In this document: one piece after another, positions 1 to 11,045 of the stretch
Layout: the number at the start of each line of letters is the position of its first letter
Position numbering within the stretch: position 1 is the first letter of the stretch
Assembly: GCA_030141605.1 (NCBI GenBank)
Contig: JAQGDQ010001244.1
Location: forward strand, 1 to 52,569
Length of the DNA stretch: 52,569 bases
From: Tubiluchus corallicola
Lineage: Eukaryota > Animalia > Priapulida
Direction of reading: 5' to 3'
Position numbers and translations under genes: made by a program
The notes under the pieces: generated by a model
What the model was told of the DNA's origin: nothing
Database searches by the model: none
What the model saw: only the letters and a program-made list of their open reading frames with translations

Positions 1-175
1 TATATTCTTGTTAACTGTTGAAAATGAGGGTGACAGTATCATGAATTCTGTTTTGTCATTATTCATTTTTAGCTTGTAATGACTAAATGCCATATAGTCG
101 TTTGCATTCATATGACAATTGCGAAGTCTTTTCTGATTTCTTCAACATCAGGAGATTGATCGCTCAAATAAAACA
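1..175 (-). mobile_element. Decayed L2/CR1-group LINE reverse transcriptase fragment
   Basis: Minus-strand translation across a frameshift gives ...RLRNCHMNANDYMAFSHYKLKMNNDKTEFMILSP, matching the L2-type RT segment after the ADD motif (WM..N.LKLN.DKTEF). It makes the 108..335 ORF chimeric. Confidence 0.55.
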
Positions 176-340
176 GCACTTGAGTGGTTTGGTGCTTGTG
201 TGATAAATCTAGTGTGCTACCAAAGATTATTGCAAAATATTTTGCCCTTTTCACTTGATCAATTATTTTCTCTTTCACATGTTTTCCAAGAGCGGAAATA
301 AACTTGTTTTGAATCCGAGGTGATAAATATGACACAGTTT
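176..340 (-). mobile_element. hAT transposase fragment (ZMYM1-like/DUF4371 region), pseudogenic
   Basis: YLSPRIQNKFISALGKHVKEKIIDQVKRAKYFAIIFGSTLDLSHKHQTTQVL matches the hAT/ZMYM1-like signature Y.S..IQNE.I......I...V..AKYFSI..D.T.D.SH.EQ. The catalytic D is replaced by G. A hAT-like terminus (TAATCCAACCCTG) lies at ~1267-1279. Confidence 0.8.
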
Positions 341-1740
341 TCTTACCACTCCTCTTTTTTCGTAGTAGTGTTACTGCTACTATAAATCCTTTAACTTTAA
401 GGCCTGTAATGCTAAAATCACCATCCTATCTGCTTTAGAACATGCAATACAGGTGATATATTGCACAAGCCGCTACAGCCGTCTTGGAATTCTAAATAAG
501 GTGATGTCATACGTGTTTTTAAGCACCAGACGTGGATTCCTTGTCATTCGAAACCTATACCCATACATGCCAAAATCATCATCTTGTCCGTTCTACGAAT
601 GGCCAATGCATGCTAATAATTATTAATGATGGCTTGTCGGTCATTTTGAGAATGGCGGCAATTCCCGATTTTCGATTGACCCCGTGTCTAGAATTAATCA
701 CCTTGATGGGTCCTAGCATTATGCAAAAGTTTCATAACTTTTAGGCAAAATAAGAAATTTTTCAGCATTCTGTTAGAGCACATGTCAGGTACCATGCAAC
801 GGTAATTCTTATTTTTTTATTATTAGACTGATTTAATTTTTTGCACTCATTTTGCGTCTAGCACCTTTTTGGATCAACAATTAAGGTCAAATTCATTCTT
901 TTTATAATAATCTTTTAAATGAAACAGCTAGTGTAATAAAATCAGCTTTGGATCAACCATTAATCGTCAGTAAGTGCTTAGGGTCTCAGCTAGGGAAAGA
1001 GGAGCCGCACACGGTTCTTTCAAATCAAATAATTATCCAAAAGTAAAATATGCCGAAATATATCAGCAGTGAAAATGAAAGTGCGTTCACTATGTTTGCT
1101 AGCAGTTTCATTCATTTTTAATCAAATATCTTTTTTATGCACTGCAAAGCTGATACTCTAGCATTTACTGTAAATAAATTTTATTGCAAGTTTTTATTCT
1201 GAATTACATAATATGGATAATATGGGGGTACCATATCTTTTTAGTGCTCAGGGCCTCTTATGGTTTTAATCCAACCCTGCATAAATTTGTGTGGATGTTT
1301 CATTTTGTGGCAGCCATATTGAAAACGGTGGCTTTTTTTGAAATGAAAGCAATTGAAGCGGATTCAACTATCCTGAAATGGAAATAATAATCGCTTCCCA
1401 ATGTTAATTTTCTGGAAATTAATATCTTCTGCTTTATGTAGTTTAGTTGGCGGCCATTTTGTTTTTCACATTTTTGACCCTTTTCCAGTTTTTCAAGCTG
1501 GCAACAGCTTTTTCGGATTGAGCGTAGTCAAGCTGATAAGACCGACTATATTGCCCACTTTTAGAAACAGCGCTCCTAGTAGTATAGTAGTGTTATAGAA
1601 GCAGCTTTTCAGGATTTTCTTATAGCCTATTGTGCCATTTTGTATGCTGTAGATTTTCAGGCAGGTAAGCAGGCATAGAAACCTCGTTTACATGTATATT
1701 ATCATCATCATCAACATCTTTCGATTAATTTTTGTTAATA

Positions 1741-2840
1741 TATATATTATATTATATTATATTATATTATATTATATTATATTATATTATATTATATTAT
1801 ATTATATTATATTATATTATAATATAATATAATATAATATAATATAATATAATATAATATAATATAATATAATATAATATAATATAATATACTATACTAT
1901 ACTATAATATAATATAATATAATATAATATAATATAATAGTATAGTATAGTATATTATATTATATTATATTATATTATATTATATTATATTATATTATAG
2001 TATAGTATAGTATAGTATAGTATAGTATAGTATAGTATATTATATTATATTATATTATATTATATTATATTATATTATATTATATTATATTATATTATAT
2101 TATATTATATTATATTATATTATATTATATTATATTATATTATATTATAGTATAGTATAGTATATTATATTATATTATATTATATTATATTATATTATAT
2201 TATATTATAGTATAGTATAGTATAGTATAGTATAGTATAGTATAGTGTAGTATAGTGTAGTGTAGTGTAGTGTAGTGTATTGTATTGTATTGTATTGTAT
2301 TGTATTGTATTGTATTGTATTGTATTGTATTGTATTGTATTGTATTGTATTGTATTGTATTGTATTGTATTGTATTGTATTGTATTGTTGTATTGTATTG
2401 TATTGTATTGTATTGTATGGTATGGTATGGTATGGTATGGTATGGTATGGTATGGTATGGTATGGTATGGTATGGTATGGTATGGTATGGTATGGTATGA
2501 GTATGGTATGGTATGGTATTATATTATATTATATTATATTATATTATATTATATTATATTATATTATATTATATTATATTATATTATATTATATTATATT
2601 ATATTATATTATATTATATTATATTATATTATATTATATTATATTATATTATATTATATTATATTATATTATATTATATTATATTATATTATATTATATT
2701 ATATTATATTATATTATATTATATTATATTATATTATATTATATTATATTATATTATAGTATATTATATTATATTGTATTGTATCATATCGTATCGTATA
2801 TAATATATGATATCGTATCGTATATGATATGATATTATAT
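1741..2840. repeat. Compound pentanucleotide microsatellite (ATATT/AATAT/ATAGT/GTAGT/GTATT/GTATG/ATCGT)n, ~1.1 kb
   Basis: Directly visible tandem 5-mers; source of the spurious low-complexity ORFs at 2275-2832. Confidence 0.98.
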
Positions 2841-3725
2841 TTTTTGGTAAATTAAGTATGTCACTGCTTGTGGCTACACTATATAAATACATCGAACGTC
2901 CAGATCCACGGCTACCACCACCTGCCCTGGAGGACTTACCTGCAAAAACCAGTTTTTAATGATTATATGAACTATTTTACTAGAAGACAGCAGTTAACAA
3001 GACTTAAAAATATACTAGTATGAGTCTGCAAGCACTAACGTTACAGAGACTTTATATGTAATGGCAGAGTCGGACTGCAACAAGTAAGTAGACACAAACT
3101 CTTGAATGTTCTCGAAATTGATTGTAGCTGCAGAAAAAAAAGCATGAAGTATGCTAAGGGTTCATACTTTTTAAACGTTGAATAGCTGTAGCTGTAGGCC
3201 TAAATACTATAAAAAGTGTATGCTTGAGGTGTTTTTGGTTATCACTCATTTTTGTAAATGAGAAATTCTGGCTATATTTACTCTCAATAATTCTGGTGAA
3301 CCTCGATCACTGGAAAGTTTTATACACAAACTAGCAAAATAGCCATTAACTAAGAGTTTATTTTATAAAACGTTAAAAAATACAACCTACGTACAAGGGC
3401 GCAGAAAAAACTATCGTACAATGTGGGCCTTAAGCCCTTAAACACTTTAAAATGCTTAAAACTTTGTTCCATCGTTTGCTATACCAGCTTGCGAAAAACT
3501 GGTATAAATTGTACAAATTCAGTTGACGTAATTTTATGAACTATGAAAATTTGAAATTGATAGACAGTCAAGAGAATTACGATAAACTTCAGATTAATCA
3601 ATCGATGTGTGTGTAGGCATCAGAATTCAGATCTGTTATGTACCGTGCTCTGAAAGCGAAAGTTTCTGAGTTCAAGTCCTATATTAGTTGGGCTATAATT
3701 TTTTAGCGCAACCTTCTGTTGTAAA

Positions 3726-5277
3726 CAGGATTGGCTCTACCACTAGGTAAACTAGGGAGGTGCCTAGTTAGGGCGCCAAATTCTGGAAGTAATTTATAAA
3801 TTTTTCAATTTAGCATAAGCAATAACATAGTATCTATGTAACTGCTTAGTGCTTCAGTGCATAGCACTTTAATTAAAGGAGACCAGAGGCGTAACAAGAT
3901 GGGATGGGAGCAACAGGGGGCAATCATCCCCGGGGGAAAAGGTGAGAGGGCCCCAAAATTCTTCTAGAATTCAGTGACTGTTAATAATTAATTACAGATC
4001 CGACATAACAAAAGCTTTCAAATCACAACAAATCCACCTAGTCACAGATCATCGTAGCTCACTTAATTACTGCATACAACCTAGAAAAAGGCTCATGTTA
4101 GTTATGGTGTCGGTAGGGCGTCTCGTGGCTTAGCGGGTCAACAATTTTGGGAAAAACAATGGTGTTTTTCTAAATGCCGATTGTATTATTGTAAAAACCT
4201 GTAGTGTTCTGTACCTTCCATAATTCTTGCACGTTTTAATGATGGAGCTGAATTAAGGGACTGTGTTACGCGCAACAAATGCATTAAAAAAGTTATTCTG
4301 AGGCAGTACCGCAAATCAAACTTATGTTGATTCCTAGAAAAAATTATCTTTTGTCTATCCCATCATATCGAAAAAGGAAAGTCGGGCTCAGGGACGTAAA
4401 AAACGTGCACAATTTGTGGCTTCACCCACGAAAAAAATGAGCAAAATATTAAAAGAACGGGCGCCAAAAATTTTATTTTTGCCCCAGGGCGTCACAAGCA
4501 CTTGCTATGTCTCTGAATCAAACGAACTACTGACGTTACTTTCCTGTCAAAACGTGTGATTCATAACAGGGATAGCTCTTTTACCTCAGCAAAAACACTT
4601 TCTGCTTTACCTGGCTTCTTAACATTACGTCATTCATTTAGATATTACTGACTCGTTACCCTGCTTATGCCCAGTTTATATTATATGCATAAAGCGGCAG
4701 AGAACGTAACTAACAACTCCTTCCATTAATAAGTTTATCACAATAGAATTTATCTAGTTTTGGTAGATAAACCTATGAGAATCGAAGTCTTCAGGAGCGT
4801 AATATACTGTCAATGCAGGAAACGAAAGGTAAAAAACTTGGCAGACATTGAACAGCAAAAAGATTCGGTAATGAAATGGATATACGCAAAAAAGAGGAGT
4901 TACTGTTTCAAACATGATGATAATTTTTGATGAAAAGGCTTCGCCTGTGAAAATCTGGCCAAGAGAATGTGCAAGTACATGAAGAGTGTACAACAAAAAT
5001 TAAAATTTTGATAGCTCCTAGCTGACGACAATCGAATCACATATTCTATTCAAATTAATGAAATTAACATAAGCTGTGGACAGGCAATTTAAAAGTAACT
5101 ACAGTTAATTAGCACATTATAATACACGTATGAACCTAACACATAGGTACTATTATACATTATTATACACAACAAAAATTCAATTTCAAATGGGGACCGT
5201 GGAGAAGGGATTGACTTTTCAGAAGGCGGTGCCATAATACTTTTGCAAGGGCGTCAAATTACTTAGAGCCGGCTCTG
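3726..5277. mobile_element. Non-autonomous hAT DNA transposon (outer element)
   Basis: Termini CAGGATTGGCTCTA ... TAGAGCCGGCTCTG are imperfect inverted repeats. Flanks GTTGTAAA (3718-3725) and GTTGTAAG (5278-5285) form an 8-bp TSD with one mismatch. Subterminal GGGCGCCAAA motifs are present. Confidence 0.8.
3884..4515. mobile_element. hAT-type MITE nested inside the 3726-5277 element
   Basis: Termini CAGAGGCGTAACAAG ... CTTGCTATGTCTCTG are imperfect inverted repeats, with GCCCC-rich subtermini. The TSD is degraded (AAGGAGAC vs AATCAAAC). Confidence 0.6.
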
Positions 5278-5917
5278 GTTGTAAGCATGAAGGTCCTGTT
5301 TAATGTGTGCCTGAGATAATTTACGGAAAGATTCAGAAGCACATATTCAACTCCACACTGTTGAGTGTATGAGTGATATTTCACTGGTGTTAGATACAGG
5401 AACTAGTGGCTCTGAGATATCTTACAAAAAGGTGCAGCGTCTTGTAGTCAACTCTCATAGCTGAGTGTATTAAAAATGAGTGGTATAACGATAGGTGGCT
5501 CTAATAGATTGTACGTATACATGTATATGAGACTTTTGTGTTGAACTACGTGAGTTTATGAAGGGTATCAGAGAAAAAAAATGGAAGGAAGCAATTCCAT
5601 TTGTAAGCCTAATCAGGCAGAACAGACCAGTAAGAGGAAGAGCAGAAAAGATGTCCCCTCCGTGCCTTCTTTATTTTCTTCGTCAAGTTCTTGTGTCAAG
5701 GTACCGGACAAGCGAGTAAAACCGACTTGAAAACAATTTACGATTCTAAAAAATCGCTCAGCGGGCCAGCTGACCTACTTGAACAATTCACTAGAACCTT
5801 ATTTCGTTTTCAGAGCTTACTAGATAGCATTTATGTGTGAAGATAGTCAGTCAGTCCCCACACGACTATGCTGAATAATGCATCAAACTGCCAGATTTTA
5901 TAAATAAGTGTACAAAA

Positions 5918-7111
5918 ATGAAATCAGGTTTTTATTTTTTAAGTTTTAAGGTTTCAAAGGCGCCGAAGCTAGATTGTGATTGGAAAATGGAAAACACACA
6001 AATTACCGAAAATGAATACCGCAAAACCTTACCAATCCTGTCTGCATACCATATGACAATAGATGCTGCTTATGCCGTTAGCTCAAATTGTGCAAAAACT
6101 GCAAGGTTTCTGCCAAACATTGAAAATGTATTTAGAATAGTCGACTTTGGATCAGGCAATGGTGGCTTAGGACTTCACCTGATGAAGAACATAATTACAA
6201 TCGTCAAAAGAACCCATGGGCAAGATATCAGTATAGAAGTTATCTATAATGACAAATTGACACAAAATTTTCATGGTTTGTTCACATTAGTGCTTGGAAA
6301 GATGCCAGAAGTAACAAGTTATATGAATGAACAGAACAAAGTCTATATATTAGTAAATGGAACTTCGTTTTATCAGCAATGCGTACCAGATGATTCCGTT
6401 CACTTGGGGTTATGCACGATGTCGCTTCATTGGCTTTCCAAGAAGCCTTGTAACATCACTGGTCATTTGTTTCATGTGGGCATCACAGACATTTCTGAGA
6501 AAGAACAGTTTGAGAAGCAGGCTGCTAAGGACTGGAAAAATTTTCTGGGAAGCAGAAAGAACGAACTCAGAAAAGGAGGACAGATCATCATCACTACACT
6601 AGGTGTGACAAATGAGGGACATTTCATAGGCAGCACATCCCGGTCTGGAAAGTCATATAAAGATAGAATCGCAGAGGACTGGGAATCAATGTTATCGAAC
6701 AAAATCATCACCCCAGAAGAGTACCAAGAGACAACATTCAATATTTACTTCTATAATAAATCTGAATTGCTTGAACCATTTAAGAACGAAAACCCATCAC
6801 AGGAGAGACTTGGAATGAAGATAACAGACTTTCAAACTAAAATAATACAATGTCCAATGTATAACAAATTTTTGAAAGAAAAAGAAGAACCAGGCTCAGC
6901 TAAAGCTTACGCGGAGAATCTTGCAGCATCAATCAAACCTTGGTCAAGACCAATGTTTATTTCCAGCTTATCAGATGAACGACCACTTCCAGAAAAAGAA
7001 GCAATAGTGAATGAATTCTACAAGAGGCATGCAAACAGCATTGCAGCAGATGCAAAGAATTACGTCTGCGATTATGTATTGCACTGCATGTGTATAGAAA
7101 AACTTGAATGA
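5918..7111 (+). CDS. SABATH-family SAM-dependent carboxyl/N-methyltransferase (Methyltransf_7), single coding exon; true start may be the ATG at 5987
   Basis: Intact 397-aa ORF with SABATH motifs in order: FRIVDFGSGNG (SAM motif I), VIYND...NFHGLF, GTSFYQQCVPDDSVHL...SLHWLSKKP, QAAKDWKNFLGSRKNELRKGG. A pyrimidine-rich acceptor (TTTTAAG, ~5950) precedes ATG 5987. AATAAA occurs at ~7153. Confidence 0.92.
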   Translation: MKSGFYFLSFKVSKAPKLDCDWKMENTQITENEYRKTLPILSAYHMTIDAAYAVSSNCAKTARFLPNIENVFRIVDFGSGNGGLGLHLMKNIITIVKRTHGQDISIEVIYNDKLTQNFHGLFTLVLGKMPEVTSYMNEQNKVYILVNGTSFYQQCVPDDSVHLGLCTMSLHWLSKKPCNITGHLFHVGITDISEKEQFEKQAAKDWKNFLGSRKNELRKGGQIIITTLGVTNEGHFIGSTSRSGKSYKDRIAEDWESMLSNKIITPEEYQETTFNIYFYNKSELLEPFKNENPSQERLGMKITDFQTKIIQCPMYNKFLKEKEEPGSAKAYAENLAASIKPWSRPMFISSLSDERPLPEKEAIVNEFYKRHANSIAADAKNYVCDYVLHCMCIEKLE

Positions 7112-8175
7112 TTTATGGTAAATATTTGTCTGGGTTTAAATGTGTAGTAGAAAATAAATAGATCATATGCTAATTAATTGCAGTTGTACATCATATATTC
7201 ATTTTTTATAAATAGTAAACACATATTGCAATCAGCAGTGCATCTGTAGGTGGAAAAATTACGAATAAGTTACTACAAATGTAACACAAAGTGACGTAAT
7301 ACAAAAGAATCAGATTCAAAAATTTGTAATTATGCATTCCTAATATGTGCAATGTGTTTGAATACCTGACATGGACATGGACCATGTTGTGCATTCAACT
7401 AAACATTATCAAATATTGACAACGAATGGCGTTGAGGCAATTTTATGACAGATACCAGACTTTGCATTTGCTTTTCGCATTGGCAAAATATCAGCGCAAC
7501 GCATAATAACAACTGATTAAAGGCCCGGTCAATTTATTAAGCCTGTCTCAAAATAAGTTATAAAAGAGACAAACAAGCTGTTTCACACATGCAAAAATAA
7601 CAAATTTATTTCTTCCATATCATCCATCATTAAGTACAATTATTCAATTTATCTGTTGTACAACATGGGCTTATTTGAAAGCTGTGATAAACTTTTATCA
7701 GTTCCTTTTCATTACCAGTACAAAAATTATTGTTTTATAAAAATTAACAATGCTCACCCTTCAAGACAACATAAACACTATAAATGATAATCTAAATAGT
7801 CTGTAGCACAATCGGACCCACAAAGTAAAGAAACTAGTTTAAAACACTAACAAATGTTGGCATGGAAATATTTGATATAGTAATGCTGTTTTTCTGAAAA
7901 AATAAGTAAAAATATCAACACTTTGGCAGGTTTTAATTTAATTTACCCAATTTAATTACAGATGTACAAACACAAAATTTCACAAACTTTTAAAATTAGG
8001 TATAATTTATTTATAATTTAAACAACCCGCACACAAAAACTGGATTTGTCACCAGAATCACTCTATACAGCCACTACTATCTATTGAAAAATCAAAAATC
8101 TTTTAACCTGCTGATAAATTTTACTCCAATGTATACTGTTCAAAATTTATCCTAAAATTCATGAAAAACCAGAGT

Positions 8176-8793
8176 TTACATTTTGGCAGGATTATTTGCC
8201 GGATTCATGCTCAGTAATCCACTATCAGGAGCTGCATTCCATATAATCTTCTGTATTGGTTTAAATTGTGGATGGGATGAGCCACCTACAAGGGTCAACA
8301 GAACACTTTCACTGGTAGTCAAAAATGCTCCAACATCATGCATTCTTTGAAAAGCATACATACGATCTACCATGCTCCGAGAGGAACAAGCATCAACAAC
8401 CACGTGAACGTCATAATTTTGTTCTACCAAGTCTAATACAGTGTTCTGTACACAAACATGTGCCTCAATACCACATAAAATAATTGACTTTCTATCTGGA
8501 ATCTTTTTTAGCTCTTCAATAACCCCTGGAACCATCATTGAAAATTGAGTTTTCTGTATTAAGGTGGACTTGCTAATGTCAAGCTCAGATACAGTAGGCC
8601 CAAGTCCTTTAGGGTATTGTTCTGTTGCTATTACAGGAATATCTAGTAATTGAACACCTGTTAGAACTCGATTAGCAGTTTCAATAATTTGTGGATAAAA
8701 TGATATAGTTGGTCGAAACTTCTCCTGCATATCACAAAGAAACAATATTGACGTTTTAGGGTTGAGCTTTCCAAGAGATCTGCTAAGTGCCAT
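8176..8793 (-). CDS. ISOC2: Isochorismatase domain-containing protein 2-like (YcaC-related cysteine hydrolase), single coding exon
   Basis: MALSRSLGKLNPKTSILFLCDMQEKFR...TEQYPKGLGPTV...KTQFSM...LCGIEAHVCVQNT...VHVVVDACSSRS closely follows animal ISOC2. The ATG is at 8793, and a splice acceptor (CTTTCAG) at 8819-8825 implies a 5'-UTR intron. Confidence 0.93.
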   Translation of the reverse strand: MALSRSLGKLNPKTSILFLCDMQEKFRPTISFYPQIIETANRVLTGVQLLDIPVIATEQYPKGLGPTVSELDISKSTLIQKTQFSMMVPGVIEELKKIPDRKSIILCGIEAHVCVQNTVLDLVEQNYDVHVVVDACSSRSMVDRMYAFQRMHDVGAFLTTSESVLLTLVGGSSHPQFKPIQKIIWNAAPDSGLLSMNPANNPAKM

Positions 8794-10149
8794 GACTGCC
8801 GTCACTAAAGGTTATTGCCTGAAAGTGAACAAAATGAAATCTATTTTTATAACATTAGAATATGACAGGCCACAGCACTGCATGATATCCTGTGACACGT
8901 TGTAAGGAAACTAAAAAATTCCTATGTGCAACATTTTACACAAATTTTTTGGGAGATTTTTCCCATAACCTCATTGCAGTTTATTATACATTGAAAACAA
9001 AATCTGAAGCTAGGGCGGCCACCGGTCCAGATTTTCCCGGATACTTCAGAGAATTAGGCTTGATGTTAAAGAGCCAAATATGTCCAAAAATTTCAGAGAA
9101 AATCAACGTTTTGCAGCTGATTTAATATTTTTTAAACTTACAACGTCCTTTTGGCTCCTTCGACAATATGTAGCACATTTAGCGTATGCACTTAGCTCTG
9201 CTAAGAACCGTACATAGAGGTTCATAAAACTTTGGTTAAACTTTCATTGATGATTCAGAGTGACTTCGATTACACATGCGATAAAATGTATAAAGACAAT
9301 TTGAAAGCTGTCATTGAAATCTCAAAATATAGTTCAATGCATAAAATTTAGTTTATGTACGAAAATTTAGTACGAAAATGCAAATTGACTGTTAAATGCA
9401 ATGTTCATAATGATGGCATTGATGGTTCTAAAACTGGCTACAAAAATTTTACCCTAATATAAAATGTAGAACTTAGACAATCACTGTTGTTACAAAACAG
9501 ATATATCTACAACCAGGTTTAGACCCCCCTCATTGCCTTGTCAAGGTGCAAATACACACCGTCTTAGGTCACCTACCCAGCAATGGTAAGATTGGCTCAG
9601 TAGGGAATGCCTCTTAGAGGGAACACTGACCACCTCCTAAAATAAGTTAAGATATTTCTTACAAGAAGTTACGAATGCAAAGAATCTATAAACCAAACCA
9701 ATAGAAACTATAGCATAGTATTATTTAGTTCATAACTGAATTACTACTAGTCAGTGCACCAAGTGAGCTTCTCAAAGTATGTAATTTGCCAGTGAATTGG
9801 GACTCAGTACCTAGCACTTTTCAAGTAACATGATAATGAAAGTCTAACAAGCATAACATGTTGAGATAAGGGACACAAAGAAACAGATTTAAAACTTACA
9901 CAATGCAAAATTTGTATTTAGTTCATCTATCTATAGTACAGCTACATTAAGTAGAAATTCATCTTGTAAATTAGGCCTATTTGCAAAGAAAAACTGTAGA
10001 AAAAGTAAAAGTTAATAGATGTAAAAAAATAAAATAATTAAACAATAAAGTTTTATCAAATTCAGAAACTTCTTGTTACTTTACACAGTGCCAAGATGCA
10101 CTAATATTCAGTCATACGATAAATGTAAATGGTCTGATGATGTGAGTAG

Positions 10150-11045
10150 CTTGGACACATTTATCTATGTCCATTCACTTATTAACATACATCCTAGTCA
10201 TTCGTACTTTATCTATGTCTATTCACTTATATCTTGTGCTGATAGGCTCAATTTGTTGACATATACAGCTTTACATTGAAAAAGATGTTCAGTAGTATCC
10301 TCCGCCACCTGACACTTCAGATCCCCTTTATACAAATTTTTATAATTCGCTGTAGCATCTATTATATTAAGCCTGATTGCCATAATGTCTTTCATTTTAT
10401 CTAACCCGCACTTTTCAACATTTGTCCTTGAAAGGTTTTGGTTTTTAAAAATCTCAATTTTGTCATTGTTTCTATTTTAGTTTTGTTCTTTTTCTATAAA
10501 TAAATGAACTTAATTTTTACAGAGTTTTGGTTATTATGTCTAACCTACAAACCATCGGTCACATTTTTGTTTGGCTTAACATGCCCGAATATGTTGTACT
10601 ATTTTTTGACATCAAAATTTTGCCAGTGCTTCTTTTTGTATGTTTTCTAATTCCTTCAGTTCTGTTTTAACAAGATTGGTCTAGATCTCAAAATTATTAA
10701 TTATTGATTATATTACCGTATTTTCACACAGTATTAGCCAAACAGTTCCCACTTTAGATTCGTCACCAATGATAATTACTTCTGAGATCATAATTTCATC
10801 TTCTTTCTTTTTTTAAGCATAAGTTGATAATTATTTTTGCTATTGAACCAATCTCCCAAACTTTGTATTCACGAGTTTGCTCAACAGGGCCAATTTTTAT
10901 GTTCAATTTTAGTTTTTTATTGTTTCTCTTTTGTCATATTACTTGGAATGTATTTTGTTTTTTAACTGAAATTCTCTATTGCCTTAGTCACATTTTGCAC
11001 TTCCTCCAGATAACACATCTTCCATATACGAAAGAATGCCAATCT
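10150..11045 (-). mobile_element. Decayed non-LTR retrotransposon (RT C-terminal half and Cys/His knuckle)
   Basis: Minus-strand pieces GILSYMEDV (ADD-like), VEQTREYK (YKYLG-like) and IMAIRLNIIDATANYKNLYKGDLKCQVAEDTTEHLFQC (C-terminal C..C....EH...C region), broken by stops and frameshifts. Boundaries are approximate. Confidence 0.65.

Noticed and set aside
2275-2832. Four long ORFs (YCIVL/YGMVW/YYIIL repeats)
   Set aside because: Artefacts of stop-free pentamer microsatellite frames.
4520-5030. Possible hAT transposase remnant inside the 3726-5277 element (ORF 4754..4996)
   Set aside because: Only vague resemblance; no diagnostic motif could be read.
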